Positions 51,310-64,000 of a stretch of 64,000 bases of DNA are shown piece after piece (positions within the stretch are counted from its first letter, which is position 1; every line of letters starts with the position of its first letter). A program made the translations under genes and the position numbers. The stretch is from Callorhinchus milii. Taxonomy: Eukaryota. The notes beneath the pieces were generated by a model. That model had not been told where the DNA came from. It made no database searches and was given only the letters and a program-made list of their open reading frames with translations. The stretch is taken from the NCBI RefSeq assembly GCF_018977255.1, contig NW_024704743.1, positions 92,754,001 through 92,818,000 of the forward strand. Direction: 5' to 3'.

Positions 51310-51660
51310 TTAATCACCAGCCCCACTCAGGACTTTGAATTCACAATCTCCAGTACAGCACTGCATTTTTGTATGTGCTTTCCAGCACATAAAACATTAA
51401 GCCAAGGTCCTGTCTGCCTTTTCTGGTAGATGGTAAAGATTCCGTAGCAGTATTGAAAAAGAAAAGTGAGTTTCTCTTTGTGTCCTAGCCAATAATCTGC
51501 ACTTCATGGCTCTTTATGGAACATTGCTGTGTACAAATTGGCTACTACTTTCACTGAAAAACAAATATATAACCCTGACATTTCACAGTAAAATCTTGAA
51601 ATGCTTTGAGATGTTTCAATGACACAATAAGGAGCTATATGAGATGCAAGAATTATTATA
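51310..51660 (+). mobile_element. Old Deu-domain SINE
   Basis: TTAAGCCAAGGTCCTGTCTGCC...GTAAAGATTCC...GTGTCCTAGCCAATA...GGAACATTGCTGTGTACAAATTGGCT and an L2-like tail. Confidence 0.7.
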
Positions 51661-51967
51661 ATTCAAACTCTTTAGGAGACTATCATTCACACGATCAAAT
51701 TAATTGTTATTATTATGGCATTTTTTTTTAAAATACTCTTTTAACTTAAAAGCCTTTAACTTTTTCAGGGTAAATGCCCTAGAATTCTCATCCTTCTGTC
51801 CCGTTCCTAACTCAACTGTCAAATTTCTGGAAGTGCAGCAAGTGCAGACCAAATGTAAAAGCTCGAAGCAGGTATAGTAAGCTTCATCGATTTGGTTAAA
51901 ACTATTGGCTTACCTGATCGGCACTGCCCTACCCAACCTTACTCCTTTCATTGCCAAGCCACCCCAA

Positions 51968-52500
51968 CTACAAAACAACAACAAAACATTGCATTTATAT
52001 AGCGCCTTCCACATTGTGAGTATGTTCCAAGTCGCTGAATAATAACTGTGCAATTGAAATTCAGAGAACCTGTGAATAGAATGAAAATAATAAATGGGTT
52101 TGCCCCAGAGCTGCGGGTTGGGATCAGAGAGATGTGGAGGGCAAGGGGGGTGGAGGAGGGAATATGATCGAAGCAACGGTTGAAAAGGAAAGTGTTGAGA
52201 TGAGCCTTGAAGGAGTCAAGGGAGTGGGTGAGGCAGAGAAGCTCTAGGATGGTTCCAAAGGGTGTGGGCAGAGATGCTGAAGGCCTGATCACTGATAGTG
52301 GAGCAGGCAGGACGGGGGACATGGAGCAGGTCAGTGCCTGCAGAGTGGAGGCAAGAGACAGGTTGGTGAAGTTTTAATGGGTCGTAGAACTAGGGTGGAG
52401 CAAGACGGTGGAGGGCTTTAAATGTGAGGACAAGGATCATTCGATGCGGGATGGGAACCAGTGAAGCTGGGCAAGGATGGGGGTGATTGGCTCACAAATC
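51968..52500 (-). mobile_element. L2 LINE 3' fragment carrying a 45-bp insertion (52046-52090)
   Basis: Translation SLDSFKAHLNTFLFNRCF, with a (CAA)n tail at about 51968-51985. Confidence 0.85.
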
Positions 52501-53232
52501 TTAAACTACATCGTCAACCCTGTTCCTGGCCATATCTTATACCTGTGTAATTGAAATTTAGAGATCCTGTGAATAGAATGAAAATAAAGATAACTCAAGA
52601 AAAAGTTTCAGAGTAAATTATCCCTCATGGACTGTTGAATTAATTGTTGAACTTCTCCCACTCAATCCCTTCAGTTACATAATTAGTGCACAATGTTAAA
52701 ACAAATATTGTCTAAAAACAGAACATTTCAAACAGCATGTTGAAGTTAATATTTGTAATCATTTGACTTTTAAAAGGGGTCATGATCAATGAGTTGTCTC
52801 TTTTAAGAAAAGAAAAGCAGAATATTTTGATCAGTACATATATTTTTTTCAAGATCATAGCATTTTGTTTCTCATTATTATTTGGCAAAGAGAGAGAGAT
52901 GAGAGATTTAGTTAACTGCAGTCCAGTGTTCAAGGTCATTAAAAGTAACCATAAAATAAGATCAGATTCTGCCCTTGGAATGAATGATTTTTTTTATCAT
53001 CTTATGAGTCATTAAATCATAAATTAGCTTTCAAATGATTTTATAATGAGAGTAGAGGCAGTCTCAACCTTAAATAACATTTGAAGGGATGTAATTGACT
53101 CTCCTATGACATTTTTTCAATTCAAGATCAGCTGTTTTCAGAAATATTTTGTTGTAAATTTAAGACAATGCTGTTTTTATTCAAAAAACTAACATACGGT
53201 GTTTCGTTCAGTATATATTCAACTTATATTGT

Positions 53233-53553
53233 GGAGTCCTGTAGCTCAGTGGCTAGAGCACTCGCTTTGCAAGCGAGAGACCTGAGTTCAATTCCAGACA
53301 AGGCGAAACCTTGGGCAAGTTTCCTTACTCCACACGCCTAATAATAATCCCTCCAAAACCAAAAACAATAATAAATTGGTCATTTTCAATCTACGACTGT
53401 TTGTGGGACATTGCTGTACGCAATTGGCTGCCGCGTTCGCCCACAAATATACAGTCAACTCACTTTACAGTGTGTTCTGTGAAGCGCTTTGGGACGTCCT
53501 CCCGACGTGAAAAGCGCTATATCAAATGCAAGGACTATTATTATTATTATTAT
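53233..53553 (+). mobile_element. Young full-length tRNA(Ala) SINE (CTCCC-loop tail)
   Basis: Near-identical to 3674-3997, with an intact A box and GTTCAATTCC B box. TATATATTCAA is repeated at 53212-53222 and 53557-53567 (likely TSD). Confidence 0.95.
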
Positions 53554-53904
53554 AACTATATATTCAATGTAATCTGTAAGGCATTCTAGTTTTAACAGTG
53601 ATATGGCAATGACTTTCCAAGTTATGTAAGAAAAACCATTGTACATTTGCTTAGGTTAAAAGTGAGACAATGTATGGAACTTTCTGTTACCTTTCCTAAT
53701 TCATTTTTAATTTATGGCAATAGTATCTTACATGATACATATTCATCTTGTGTTTTTTCTTCAGTGACCTGTGTATGATCACTATTTCCATATACACAGT
53801 CACTACACTTCACAGTATATTCTGTGAAGCACTTTGAGATGTCTCAAAGATGTGACAAGGTGCTGTATCAAATGCAAGGATTATTATTATTATATATTCA
53901 GGAT

Positions 53905-54390
53905 ATTGTAGGAATGTTATTTTAGCATTGGAGAAAGTGTATTATAGATTTATAAGGATGTTACCAGTGATGAGTGAATAAGGTGAAAAACTTGCGTTGA
54001 GACAATTGAGAAGGAGCTTGTTAGAGGTTTTTATGAAAGGAATTATGAAACGTTATAAAATCAATCAATAAGGTGGACATAAAGTGGCCGTTTCCACTTG
54101 TTGGTGACTCCAAAACAAGGATATGTAAAATAGCCAGTAGCAGATCCAAAAGTAAGTTGAGGAGGAATAACTTTCAGCAGAGAATGGGAGAATGTGGAAC
54201 TCACTGCCAAAAGCTATAATTGTAACCAAAAGCTTAAATCTACTTAACAGGAAACTTGATGTTTATATGAGGGAGATGAGATTAGAGGGGCTTGACAGGA
54301 AAATAGCAGGGTGCAGGACCAAGTGAAAGTAAACACCTACCTGGACTAGTTGGGTTGAAAGGTCTTTTTCCATGCTGTACAGCCTACATA
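53905..54390 (+). mobile_element. CR1 LINE 3' fragment
   Basis: GCATTGGAGAAAGTG...AGATTTATAAGGATGTTACCAG...GTGGAACTCACTGCCA...GTTGGGTTGAAAGGTCTTTTTCCATGCTGTA. Confidence 0.75.
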
Positions 54391-56019
54391 ATTCCATGGA
54401 AGTTTTGCATTGTGTATCCCAAGGCTCTATCCTTAGCCTTCCCCTCTTATATAACACCTTACAAAATCTAACATGAAATGTAATTATGGATCACCTTAGT
54501 CAGGCAGATACTGATGTGCACAGACACACAGGCGATTTGAACAGTCCGGGTTTGTTAGAACTGGGGAAACTTCAGCAGCCCCACAGTGACGTGCCACACT
54601 CCTTACAATGCATAATCCTGGAGGGGTGCATGCACCTGGGTTCATGGTCAGGGTCATGCAATTCCTCCTACAAGCAGTCATCCTCACAATCCTCCTGCTC
54701 TACATTCTAACAAGTCATGTTGCATAGGCCTTTATTCCCTGATACTCTTGGACTAGGGCCTCCATCCTGCAGCTCCAAAGAGGGACGGGAAAGAGAGATA
54801 ATATTAGGCATGCTCAAATAGCTAGGTTTTTAGGAAATTAGATAAAGAGGGAGTTCAATAGGCTACCGACAGAGTTTCTGAAGGCTCAGCCACTGATGGA
54901 GGCGCAGTGGGGGCAGGGTATGTGTAGCAAGTCCAAGTTATCTTAGTGGAAGGGGAGAGCAGAAGAGTAGGATAGGAAGAGATCGAGAGATAGGAAGGTG
55001 CTATGATGTGAAAGGATTTACAGCTGAGGCTGAGGACCTTGAAGTCGATCCATTGTGAGAGATGGAGACTATGGAATCTGGTGAGAACATTTGGGTGTGG
55101 GTGAGGATGTAGGTGGCAGAGTATTGTATGATCTGAAAATTATGGATTGTGGGAGTAGGGAGGCCAGTGATGAGTACATTTGAGAAGTTAATAAAATAAG
55201 TTTTAGTAATGTAAGAGTTATTTTACATTGTGGTTATATTACTGACAAAGCTAGTAAATAAGGCATAAACATCCCAAAAAAATTTGATCTAACTTTAAGC
55301 CCAGCATTATAGCGCTTGAGTTAGAATTTCTACAGTGTGAATGAATGTTATTAGTAAAACTTGATAAACACAACTTTAGATCTGACGCTTCTTTTGCATA
55401 ACTTTTTGCATAACATCAGTATACCATAATATCTGGCTATTACACATTTCATTTAAGAATTCTTTCAACATCGAAACTGTGTGTGTGTGTATTTGAATGC
55501 TCAGACACTGGAGGCCTGTTGCCATAGTAATTTTCATCTTCAAATGGTGAAGCTTCTATACTGATAAATTGTTATGCAATGTCAATGGCCTTCTTTAGTT
55601 TCTCAATGTAGTTGAGCAAGAAAACATTCATCTAATTGCTATGATTCACATGAGCCACAATGACACATTCAGTGCAGATGATTGCAATTCTCAAGAGCCA
55701 TATACTCAATAAAATTTAACACAGGGAAAATACTGTGGTATCCATAAAGGACCCATTCCTGGGAGCTGTTTCCACAGCTGTAAAAAAATTGTCTGTAATA
55801 TTCATAGCATTTGACAAAGACCAGTGTAATGGTTTTACTCATCTCCAATCTATTTTAAAAACAAAACCTGAGGATATACAGCATCCTTGCCCTACAAATA
55901 ATTGTTTCCTAACAAGTGTACCGAGAGACATGGTTTAGTTAATTGTAAAGGACTTTGGAATGTTAATGCTGAGAAATGGAATGGAAGCACTCACAGGTTA
56001 GATAAAACATATTGAATTG

Positions 56020-56320
56020 CAATATAAAGTCCCGTCTACTTTACCCCAACAATGTACTTCAGTCGCAGTCTCCAACTATAGAGTCTTGTAACACATCTGT
56101 GTAATATTTCCATTTCCCCACTTTAGCTATTCCTGTTGCTTCTTCAAATGAAATTGTCAAACATGCCTGATTGGAGATATTTTTAGCCAATGGCTGGTGC
56201 TCTCTAACAGCAAAATCAAGATTTCCTCAAATTAATTTTGATCTTTGCAGCCAACAATTCTTTAATTCAATTATTCTGCCTGGATTTAAATCCATGTTAT
56301 ACCTGAGCCACTGAAATTGG
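56020..56320 (-). mobile_element. Possible LF-SINE-related ancient SINE remnant
   Basis: Weak similarity to remembered LF-SINE antisense blocks (TCTACTTTACCCCAACAATGTACTTCA; CTGCCTGGATTTAAATCC as an antisense B box). Confidence 0.35.
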
Positions 56321-59300
56321 GCCAATCCATTTTCCAGCATTTACATCCCTCACCTTGATGAAATGAAAGCCAAAATCCAATGCACCAACTAATCTCTTAG
56401 TAATGATAATTCCAACTCCACATTCATTTTTGTTTCGTAGAATCATAAAATGTTCATAGTGAAGAATGAGGCCATTCAGTCCATTGTGTCTATACTCGTG
56501 CTTATTCTAAACTCAAATCCAATTCAACTGTATGATTTTTCTGTATTGTTTGATATTATTTTCCTCAAGGATTTATCCTTCAAAAGTCATTACGCTTAAC
56601 TGTAATTGCCTGGGAAGATGTTTCTCAATATTATTGTCATGATATCAAATACAGGATTGTTATTATTTTATCATTATAATTTTATTTTAAATGCTGTTTT
56701 GTGTGTTCTTCAGCACCCATTTATGCTAAAGCTCATTCTAACACCCCTCCGTGTAACCTACCCCATTCTTCTTCTGGTGATAATTCTCAATATACGATAT
56801 CATGCTATTTACCAAATCAAACCCAATCATGAAATTTGAGTTATTGGGGTGCAATTTACATTCAAGGAAGCATTAAGCCATTCCTCATAATATAGCCAGT
56901 GACTAAAACTCCCTATCACTTCTCAAGGGTGGTGTTTCCCACATTCTTGTTTGTGCTGAATTGGTGCCATGCTGATTTAAAGAAAAACACATGAGAGTTG
57001 ATAGAATTTATTTTGATAGGAGGATGATTCCTCCTCCCCAGGTTATGAAATGCCAATGATTTCACCCCATCAGTAATAATTGTCCCTTCAAAATCCAAGA
57101 GGGTGGGAGAAAGTTACTCGGATTGCAATGGAACCGGGTCCTTCGGTATCTCAAAAGCAAACTAATTATTCCTGAACAATGAATTTTGGCAATTCCTGGT
57201 AATATTTATGTTCCTTCTCTGGCTTACACTAAATGAAGGTTCAACCGTTGGAAATAGTTGATAGATTGTATGTATATGGGAGAATGTCAGTGTCCATGCA
57301 GTGCTTACTGAGAAGAGCTGCAACCAAATGAAAAACAATTTGAAACTCGCTCTTTGTCTTATTTACTTCAACCACACAATTGAGGTTTTGCTGCTGCAAC
57401 ATTCTCAAGCTTGCAGGCCTACACAACAAGAGAAGATTCAGTGATTGCTAGACTTTAGTATGTGCACAAAATAATGGGATTAATTTAGCGTTCTATTCAA
57501 TATATATATTGAATGTGCTCAAGATATATTCTTTCACTGAAGACCATTCTCAGACCAAGATATTGAGCCTTCTGAGAAACATTAGACTTCTGTCTCACAC
57601 ATTGGGGCTTCACTTGCCATGAATGAAATACTTCTAATAAACCAAACCATAAAAGACAACATCTGGATGGTGGGAGTGTATGGGGTGGGGGGGGGGGGGG
57701 GGGAGAGGGGGTGCCTCCAATGCAACTGACATGATCAATATTAAATAGATGACTAAAGTAATACTATGCTATAGTTTATATCAAGAAGGCAGTGCTTATT
57801 TGTAAAGTATCATGCTTAGTTTAGTCAGATGGTAAAAAGCTGCTAAGTTACAAACTCTATATTATGGCCAATAGGGCTATTGGCAATACATTATGCCACA
57901 TGTGCTAGTGTGAGGTTCATTCCTTTCTGCTTCAATGCAAGATAAAGAGCATAGGTCAAATTATGGTGGCCCACTATTTTCCTCCAAAAAGTCTCAAATG
58001 GAGGCCAGCTGGTACACTTACAGCCTTCTGTTCACAGAGCCATTCAAATCTTTCAAGTCCACAAAGCAAAATCTTTGGAAAAAAATCCCAAGTTTTTCCC
58101 AAAGGAACTGAACTCATCTATCACTTGACATTTAGGCGCTCTGAGTGCACAATAGATCAAACATTTCTTTCCATTAGATTTTCTCCTGGTTCAGAGAATC
58201 AATGTGCAATTACTTACACAATTGCAAAGTGATTACTTTTGAACAGATAGTCATATTGTATATTGAATTAGGAAACATAGTCTCACCCTGGATAAGGAAG
58301 AATTGTTTATTGAGAACATATGTGTAAATGAGAAGGAATGAAGCTATGATGTGTTTTAAATATGTTTGAATTTTTGCCTAAATGATTGCCATTTGCTGCA
58401 GTTAAAATATAGTTTTCTTTCGCTCAACTGCAATAGAAATTCTGATGTGCTTAATCACATGCGTATACCTTTCAACTGAAGTACGCAGATACAATATCTC
58501 AGTGTTTTGAATGAATAATTCATCTTGTTAAGCAGAATTGACACTAATATATACTGTATGGATACACTTTTATCGTTATGTTTATAAAATAGGATAAGAA
58601 ACACATTTGGTGACACAGTAAATTTATTCAGAGAATAACTGAGTTATACATATGGGGAGGAATCATTCTCTGGTCTGCTCTGACCTGGTCAAATCTGGAC
58701 CAGCAGTGAGGCCTGAGTACCCTGGTTGGTAAAAATCAGTGATTGGTTGCACTTCCAATTATTATTCTACAACCCCTGATAGAGTTATGTATGGGTAAGA
58801 GAGAGCAACAAGGGCCTGAAATTTGGAGAGTAAAATAAGACAACCCATCTTACAATCCTAGAGAAATTCCAAAGACGTTTTTGTGTGAAGAATTCCATGT
58901 TATCACTTAAGTGGACCATTTTAATGAGCGATATTTATACCACCATTCGTTTATTTGTAACTTCTATATTTTTAGTTTGCTTTAAAACCATTATAGTATT
59001 GTTGGTGTGAACATACTTACTGTAGAAGAGATCAACGTGGTAGGGTAGACACAAGTAGGATGGGCTATGATTTCTTCAACCAAAACTTTATTTTCACCTA
59101 TTGCAGTCTTCAGGCAAGAAAGAAAGAAAGAAAGAAATTTTATAAATAATAACTAAGTAATTCATGCATTTGAAACTTTCATGCCAGGAGGACATCTCAA
59201 AGGAGGACATCTCAAAGTGCTTCACAGGATATACTGTAAAGTGTAGTGACTGTGTATTCCATAAGCAAAATATATGATCAGGCACCCACTTCGCCCAACT

Positions 59301-59902
59301 CCAACTTGTCTGCCATACTCATGGTGATTGGAATTTTTTCATTCCCTCAACTGCTCCTGTGGCATTGTCTTGTTGCTCAAAACAAGGGCACTTTCCCCAA
59401 CAGATGGCCATTTTCAACAATGGCTCTCAAAACGGGCAGACTTCCGTCAAAGAGGGGAGCAGAAGGCAAGTGTAATGTCTCCAGCCAGCATGCAGAAAGC
59501 TATGATGTATATCACTGCCTTCCTGGCAAAGATCTGCAGAAACAACTATTCCTCCACCTTCTTAATTGCAAGCTACAACATGAAGCTGCCAAGAACATAA
59601 AAAGGCTTCTGGATGGTCATACCAAGAAACTGGCCAAGCTGCTGACTGGACTCCTAACATTGAATGAAAGAAATGAAAGCTTAACTGTTTTGTAGAGTGG
59701 TACAATGATACAACACGCTGAAGCCAAAAATATTGTTCCATAGAGAGGTCTTAGTATGTCTTACAATCACTAGCAAATTACCAACAGTGCAAGACAACAT
59801 TTTTTGTTCCCTGTCTTAGGATGTGGGGAATGCATTTATTGTCCATCTGTAGTTGCCCTGAAAAGGTAGTTGTGGTGATTGGAGGCGAGGATGGAAGGAG
59901 AG

Positions 59903-59940
59903 AGGGAGGGAGGGAGGGAGGGAGGGAGGGAGGGAGGGAG
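59903..59940 (+). repeat. (GGGA)n microsatellite, G-quadruplex-capable
   Basis: Uninterrupted GGGA tandem array. Confidence 0.9.
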
Positions 59941-60744
59941 AGCTTCACCAAGTCAGTTTTTACACATCTCTTCTAAAGATCATAAGGAGTGGTTGAAATG
60001 AAAAACGTCCCTTGAACCATATGATCTCACATCTTCCAGAAATCCCAACCTACTGTCTTCCCATTTTAACATTACAGCTGTGTATATATTAGGACCAGTA
60101 TTCTGGTTACCAACCTTCTAGGTAATCCATTCCAGCTGTTGTTTATCCTCAGTGTCAATACATATTTTTGGGTATTTGCGCTGAAATTCCAATAGTGCAC
60201 TGACATTGTCATGACTGAGGAATAGGCTGCCTATTCATACTCTCAGCTACAAAATAGTGGAAAAAAAATTAAACTTGCAAATGCCAAAGGAATATTTTGT
60301 TCTAATTTGAAAATGTGCCGCTGGTCTAAGTATTGCAAGGATTCATAAGTCAAAATATGGAATAAAAAGATAAGAATATAAGAAACCATGAATAAGACAA
60401 AAAGCTATCAAACCCATTCCTACCAAAACCCTACAAAATCCATCATATTATGAACTCCACCTACTTCTACAGGAATGTTTTGCATAATTTCTCCCTCATG
60501 ACCACCAGGAATCAAAAGATCCAGGATAGGTATCCATTCTCACATCTGCAATGTAAGCGTCAATGTATTATCTTCTGCTATTCATAATTCACATGAATTT
60601 GTGTTCATTCCATGGGCATTCACAGCCAGGAACAATAAAGCTGTGGTGACAATTGATGCAAGATGCTGCAAACAACTGTGCATCCTTTTCACTGACAAAA
60701 TTCCAATGGGACAACTTTGGAGAACATGCATCATTAAGTGCTAC

Positions 60745-62342
60745 ATGTTCACCACCTACTGCCTCGACCCCCTCCCCACCCACCTGCTGGTCACTCAACT
60801 CCCCTTCCTCTAACCTTGCTGGCTGACACGGTTAACCAATCTCTCTCCTCAGGCTCTGTTCCACTCCCCCTGAAAACCGCTATCATCCACCTCTCCTCCA
60901 AAAACCCACCCTCGATCCCTCTAATCTCTCATACTACCATCGCATTTCCAAACTACCCTTCTTTGCTAAAGTCCTGGAACGTATTGTTGCAGGTCAACTT
61001 CAGTCACACCTTTCCCTCCAGTTCCTCCTCGAGCCGCTTCAGTCTGGATTTCACCCTGCCCACAGCACAGAGACAGCACTTGTCAAAGTCACAAACAAAG
61101 TCTTCTCTATCTGTGTCCAGTGCTCCCTCTACCTCCTCATCCTCCTGGATCTCTCTGCTATGCTCGACACAGTCGACCATGCCATCCTCCTCCACCGTCT
61201 CTCCTCTCTCATCCACCTTAGTGAAACCCCACTCGCATGGTTCGAGTCCTACTTAACCAAACGCCTCCACTTCATCTTGGCAAACAGTTTCTCCTCCCGC
61301 CCCCGCCCGGTCACCTGCAGAGTACCCCAGCGCTTCATCCTTGGCCCTCCTCTTTTCCTCATTTATATGCTCCCTCTGGGCGATATCATCCACAGGCACA
61401 GGGTAAACTTCCACATGCATGCGGATGACACACAAATCAAGAGGGAGCATGTAAATGTTAAAAAGAAGGGAACCAAGGATGTTACCTTGCAGTTCACCGG
61501 AGGTGACTGAGCGGGGACGGGAGGAAAAAACATTTTTTCACCATTTCACACTTTGTGAACACCATTTCACACTTTGCTTCCTCCAGCATCAACTCAAGGT
61601 CCGCTGATGTTCTATCAGCTTGTCTGGCAGACATCAGGGCCTGGATGAATGCAAACTTCCTGCAGCTGAATGTGAACACGACGGAAGCCATACTCCTTGG
61701 CGCCTTCCTCCAACTCTGCCACATTGCCTGCCTCCAACCGTACCTTACCTCAAATGCAACTGAAATCCTAGTGCATGCGTTTGTCACCTCTCACCTGGAT
61801 TACTCAAATGCACTCCTCGCCGATGTCCCCAGCTCCACTATTCAAAAGATCCAGCTCACTCAGAATTCTGCTTTCCATATACTTACCCGGATCAAACTCT
61901 GTAGTCCCATCTCACCAGTTCTGGCCAGGCTCAATTGGCTCCCCATCACTGAACACATCGACTTTAAGATCCTGACATTTGTGTTCAAGTCCATTCACTC
62001 CCTGGTACCTCCCTACCTCTCCGACCTCCTCACTCCCCAATCCACCACCCAGCACCTCTGCTTGACTGACACCTGCCTCCTGCTTATCCCTCGCACCCTC
62101 CGCCCCACCATTGGAGGTTGCACTTTTAGCCACTGCTCCCCGAAACTGCGGAACACTCTCCATCAATCCCTCTGCCCTGCCCCCTCTTTTCAAGTCCCAC
62201 CTGAAAACCTTCCTTTTCGACCGTGCTTACAGTCACCTCCCCCACCCCAACCCCGACTCGGAGTCAGGCTCTGCCACTGTTAAGCACTCTGAGACGCAAC
62301 CCTGCGTGGAGGGCGCTGTATAAGTGCAAGTTGCTGTTGTTG
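60745..62342 (+). mobile_element. L2 LINE RT pseudogene to 3' tail, with an internal inverted insertion (61440-61576)
   Basis: Translations VNQSLSSGSVPLPLKTAII, DTVDHAILLHRL, FHMHADDTQ, WMNANFLQLNVNTTEAI, LVHAFVTSHLDYSN and FKSHLKTFLFDRAY, then GGCGCTGTATAAGTGCAAG and (TTG)n. Confidence 0.95.
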
Positions 62343-63581
62343 TAAGAGGAGATGAGAAGTCAATAAAGATGGAGCAGGAGTGGAGGATAAAGTCGCCCAA
62401 AATGATGGACGCATACAAATCTCTTTGCATTACCTTCCACTCTAAGATATATATCTTAAGGCTAAGATCTGTGATCCTTATCACCTTCCCATATATTTTT
62501 TTCTATTTATTCCTTCTAATTTAACCATTTTTCTGACGTTCCTTCAGATATTGCACTGCTTCATTGCTTTTTCTTTCTTCCTTTCTGCTGTCATTTCTCT
62601 ATTTTTCCTGTACGTCTGGACCCGTTCACCATTTCACACTATTCTTTATTACTTCAAAACCCACATGAATCTCAATAAGTGCATTATTAACATCACTTGC
62701 CTTGCCTCCTCCTGACAGACATAGAATCACATCATGTGGAAGTTTAAGCCTGTTCTGTTAAACCATTTGATAATGGTGAGAAGTTAAATATATGAGAATA
62801 CCACTTGAAACTGACTTAGGTGTCGGATTCCAACCTCACAAATTGTTGCCTGATATAGAGAGTGATCTCAAATCCTTCACATGATCTGATTTGTGATCTC
62901 ACATCAAAATAGGTGGCTATGCTTGCTGGCAATAGCAGCATAAATTTGCATTATATTACACAAACATCTGGGTCTCCAGGAAAATCTGCCATCTCTTGTG
63001 GAGCTGATAATCCTGATAGACTACTTACCTGTGAGTGATTCTCAATAAAGCATATAATGAACCAGATTGCATCCGTTTTTAGCTATGACCTCTTTTGGCA
63101 GGACTGCGTCAGACTCATTTCCTTCTGATTTTGTGGAGCCGTTACACTGACAATCCCACTGCTCACATCAGCTGAATAACATTGGGATCCAAAATTCATG
63201 GCTTTCATAGACTTTGAATGTGAATTAAAAAGATAATTTATTTTTTCTGATAAGAATGTTTTTAAGAGTGCAGCCCTTTTGCATTAAAATCATTCCATCA
63301 AATAGTAATTTTCTGTTTTAATTAAAACCCTGCAGAAGGGTTAACTCGTTTCACAGAACACAGAATAATTCTTTCTATGGCCTTCCTTCAGTTTGACCAT
63401 AGTATAATTCTATTATGTTTTTGATTTGTTCCTTTTCATTATGATCAGCTCTAACTGTGATAAGGTAGCTAATGACTGAATTTTGTTTTATTTCTTTTCA
63501 GTAGTTAAATTCTCTTTTCAAATCTGGTCAGCGCACGGCAAAAATGATGTGAAGACAAGTGACACAAATGGCAGGATTCTC

Positions 63582-63660
63582 TTTTAAGCAGGAATTGTGA
63601 CCACAGGGATAATGGGCTGGTGGCAGCCAAGCGATCATTGTGACATCGCATTTTGATCCC

Positions 63661-63692
<32 letters not shown>

Positions 63693-63830
63693 GGATTCAC
63701 AAAACGTTGGATTGCTCACCCACTGATAGGGAACGTGAGCTGGCGTTAGACCGCTGTGAGACAGGTTAGTTTCATCTCTCTCATGCTGTGTTGCTCCAAT
63801 AATAATACACTGCAAAATTACCGTGAAGGA
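63582..63830 (+). pseudogene. Decayed 28S rRNA fragment (domain V, peptidyl-transferase region)
   Basis: ACCACAGGGATAA...TTTTGATCCCTCGATGTCGGCTCTTCCTATCATTGTGAAGCAG...CGTTGGATTG...TAGGGAACGTGAGCTGG...GTGAGACAGGTTAGTTT matches the highly conserved eukaryotic LSU sequence with scattered substitutions. There is no flanking rDNA. Confidence 0.92.
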
Positions 63831-64000
63831 AAATGGGCATCTTACAGTACACTGGATCAGCCTTATTGCAACACCCTGCTCGTCCACTCCTCCCAGCACA
63901 AGCGGCATTGTATTGTATTTATCAGATTCTAAGAGTGAGGAAGAATACTCCATCCCTGTCATCTTGGAAAAATAAATATGATGCTGATGTTGGTAAATAA

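Noticed and set aside
59246..59695. 149-aa ORF with faint resemblance to a retroelement N-terminus
   Set aside because: It begins inside a SINE remnant and has no diagnostic motif. I cannot support a call without a profile search.

Overview
Eukaryotic, AT-rich, repeat-dense vertebrate DNA. I found no convincing host protein-coding gene, so the window is probably intronic or intergenic. The repeat content suggests a cartilaginous fish, plausibly a holocephalan such as elephant shark; this is inferred from the repeats only. The window is dominated by (i) roughly 30 copies or fragments of one tRNA(Ala)-headed SINE family with CORE-like and Deu-like body segments and an L2-type 3' stem-loop plus (TTA)n tail, (ii) many 5'-truncated, often nested L2 LINE fragments of at least three 3'-UTR types, (iii) decayed CR1 fragments and (iv) older Deu-domain SINEs. 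It also holds a hAT-type MITE with an 8-bp TSD, a Penelope-like remnant with a degenerate hammerhead motif, a decayed 28S rRNA fragment and two strong CTCF-like motifs. Nearly all ORFs in the track are repeat-derived or chance ORFs. The most unusual signal is a set of locally templated insertions: unique sequence from 0.5-1.2 kb away has been copied, direct or inverted and once from two donors in series, into retroelement copies, and three of these events land in the same ~35-bp Deu-core motif. A second signal is that the youngest SINE copies carry a 3' stem-loop identical to that of one specific L2 family, which suggests partner tracking by tail exchange. Family names come from remembered consensus sequences, not from a database search.
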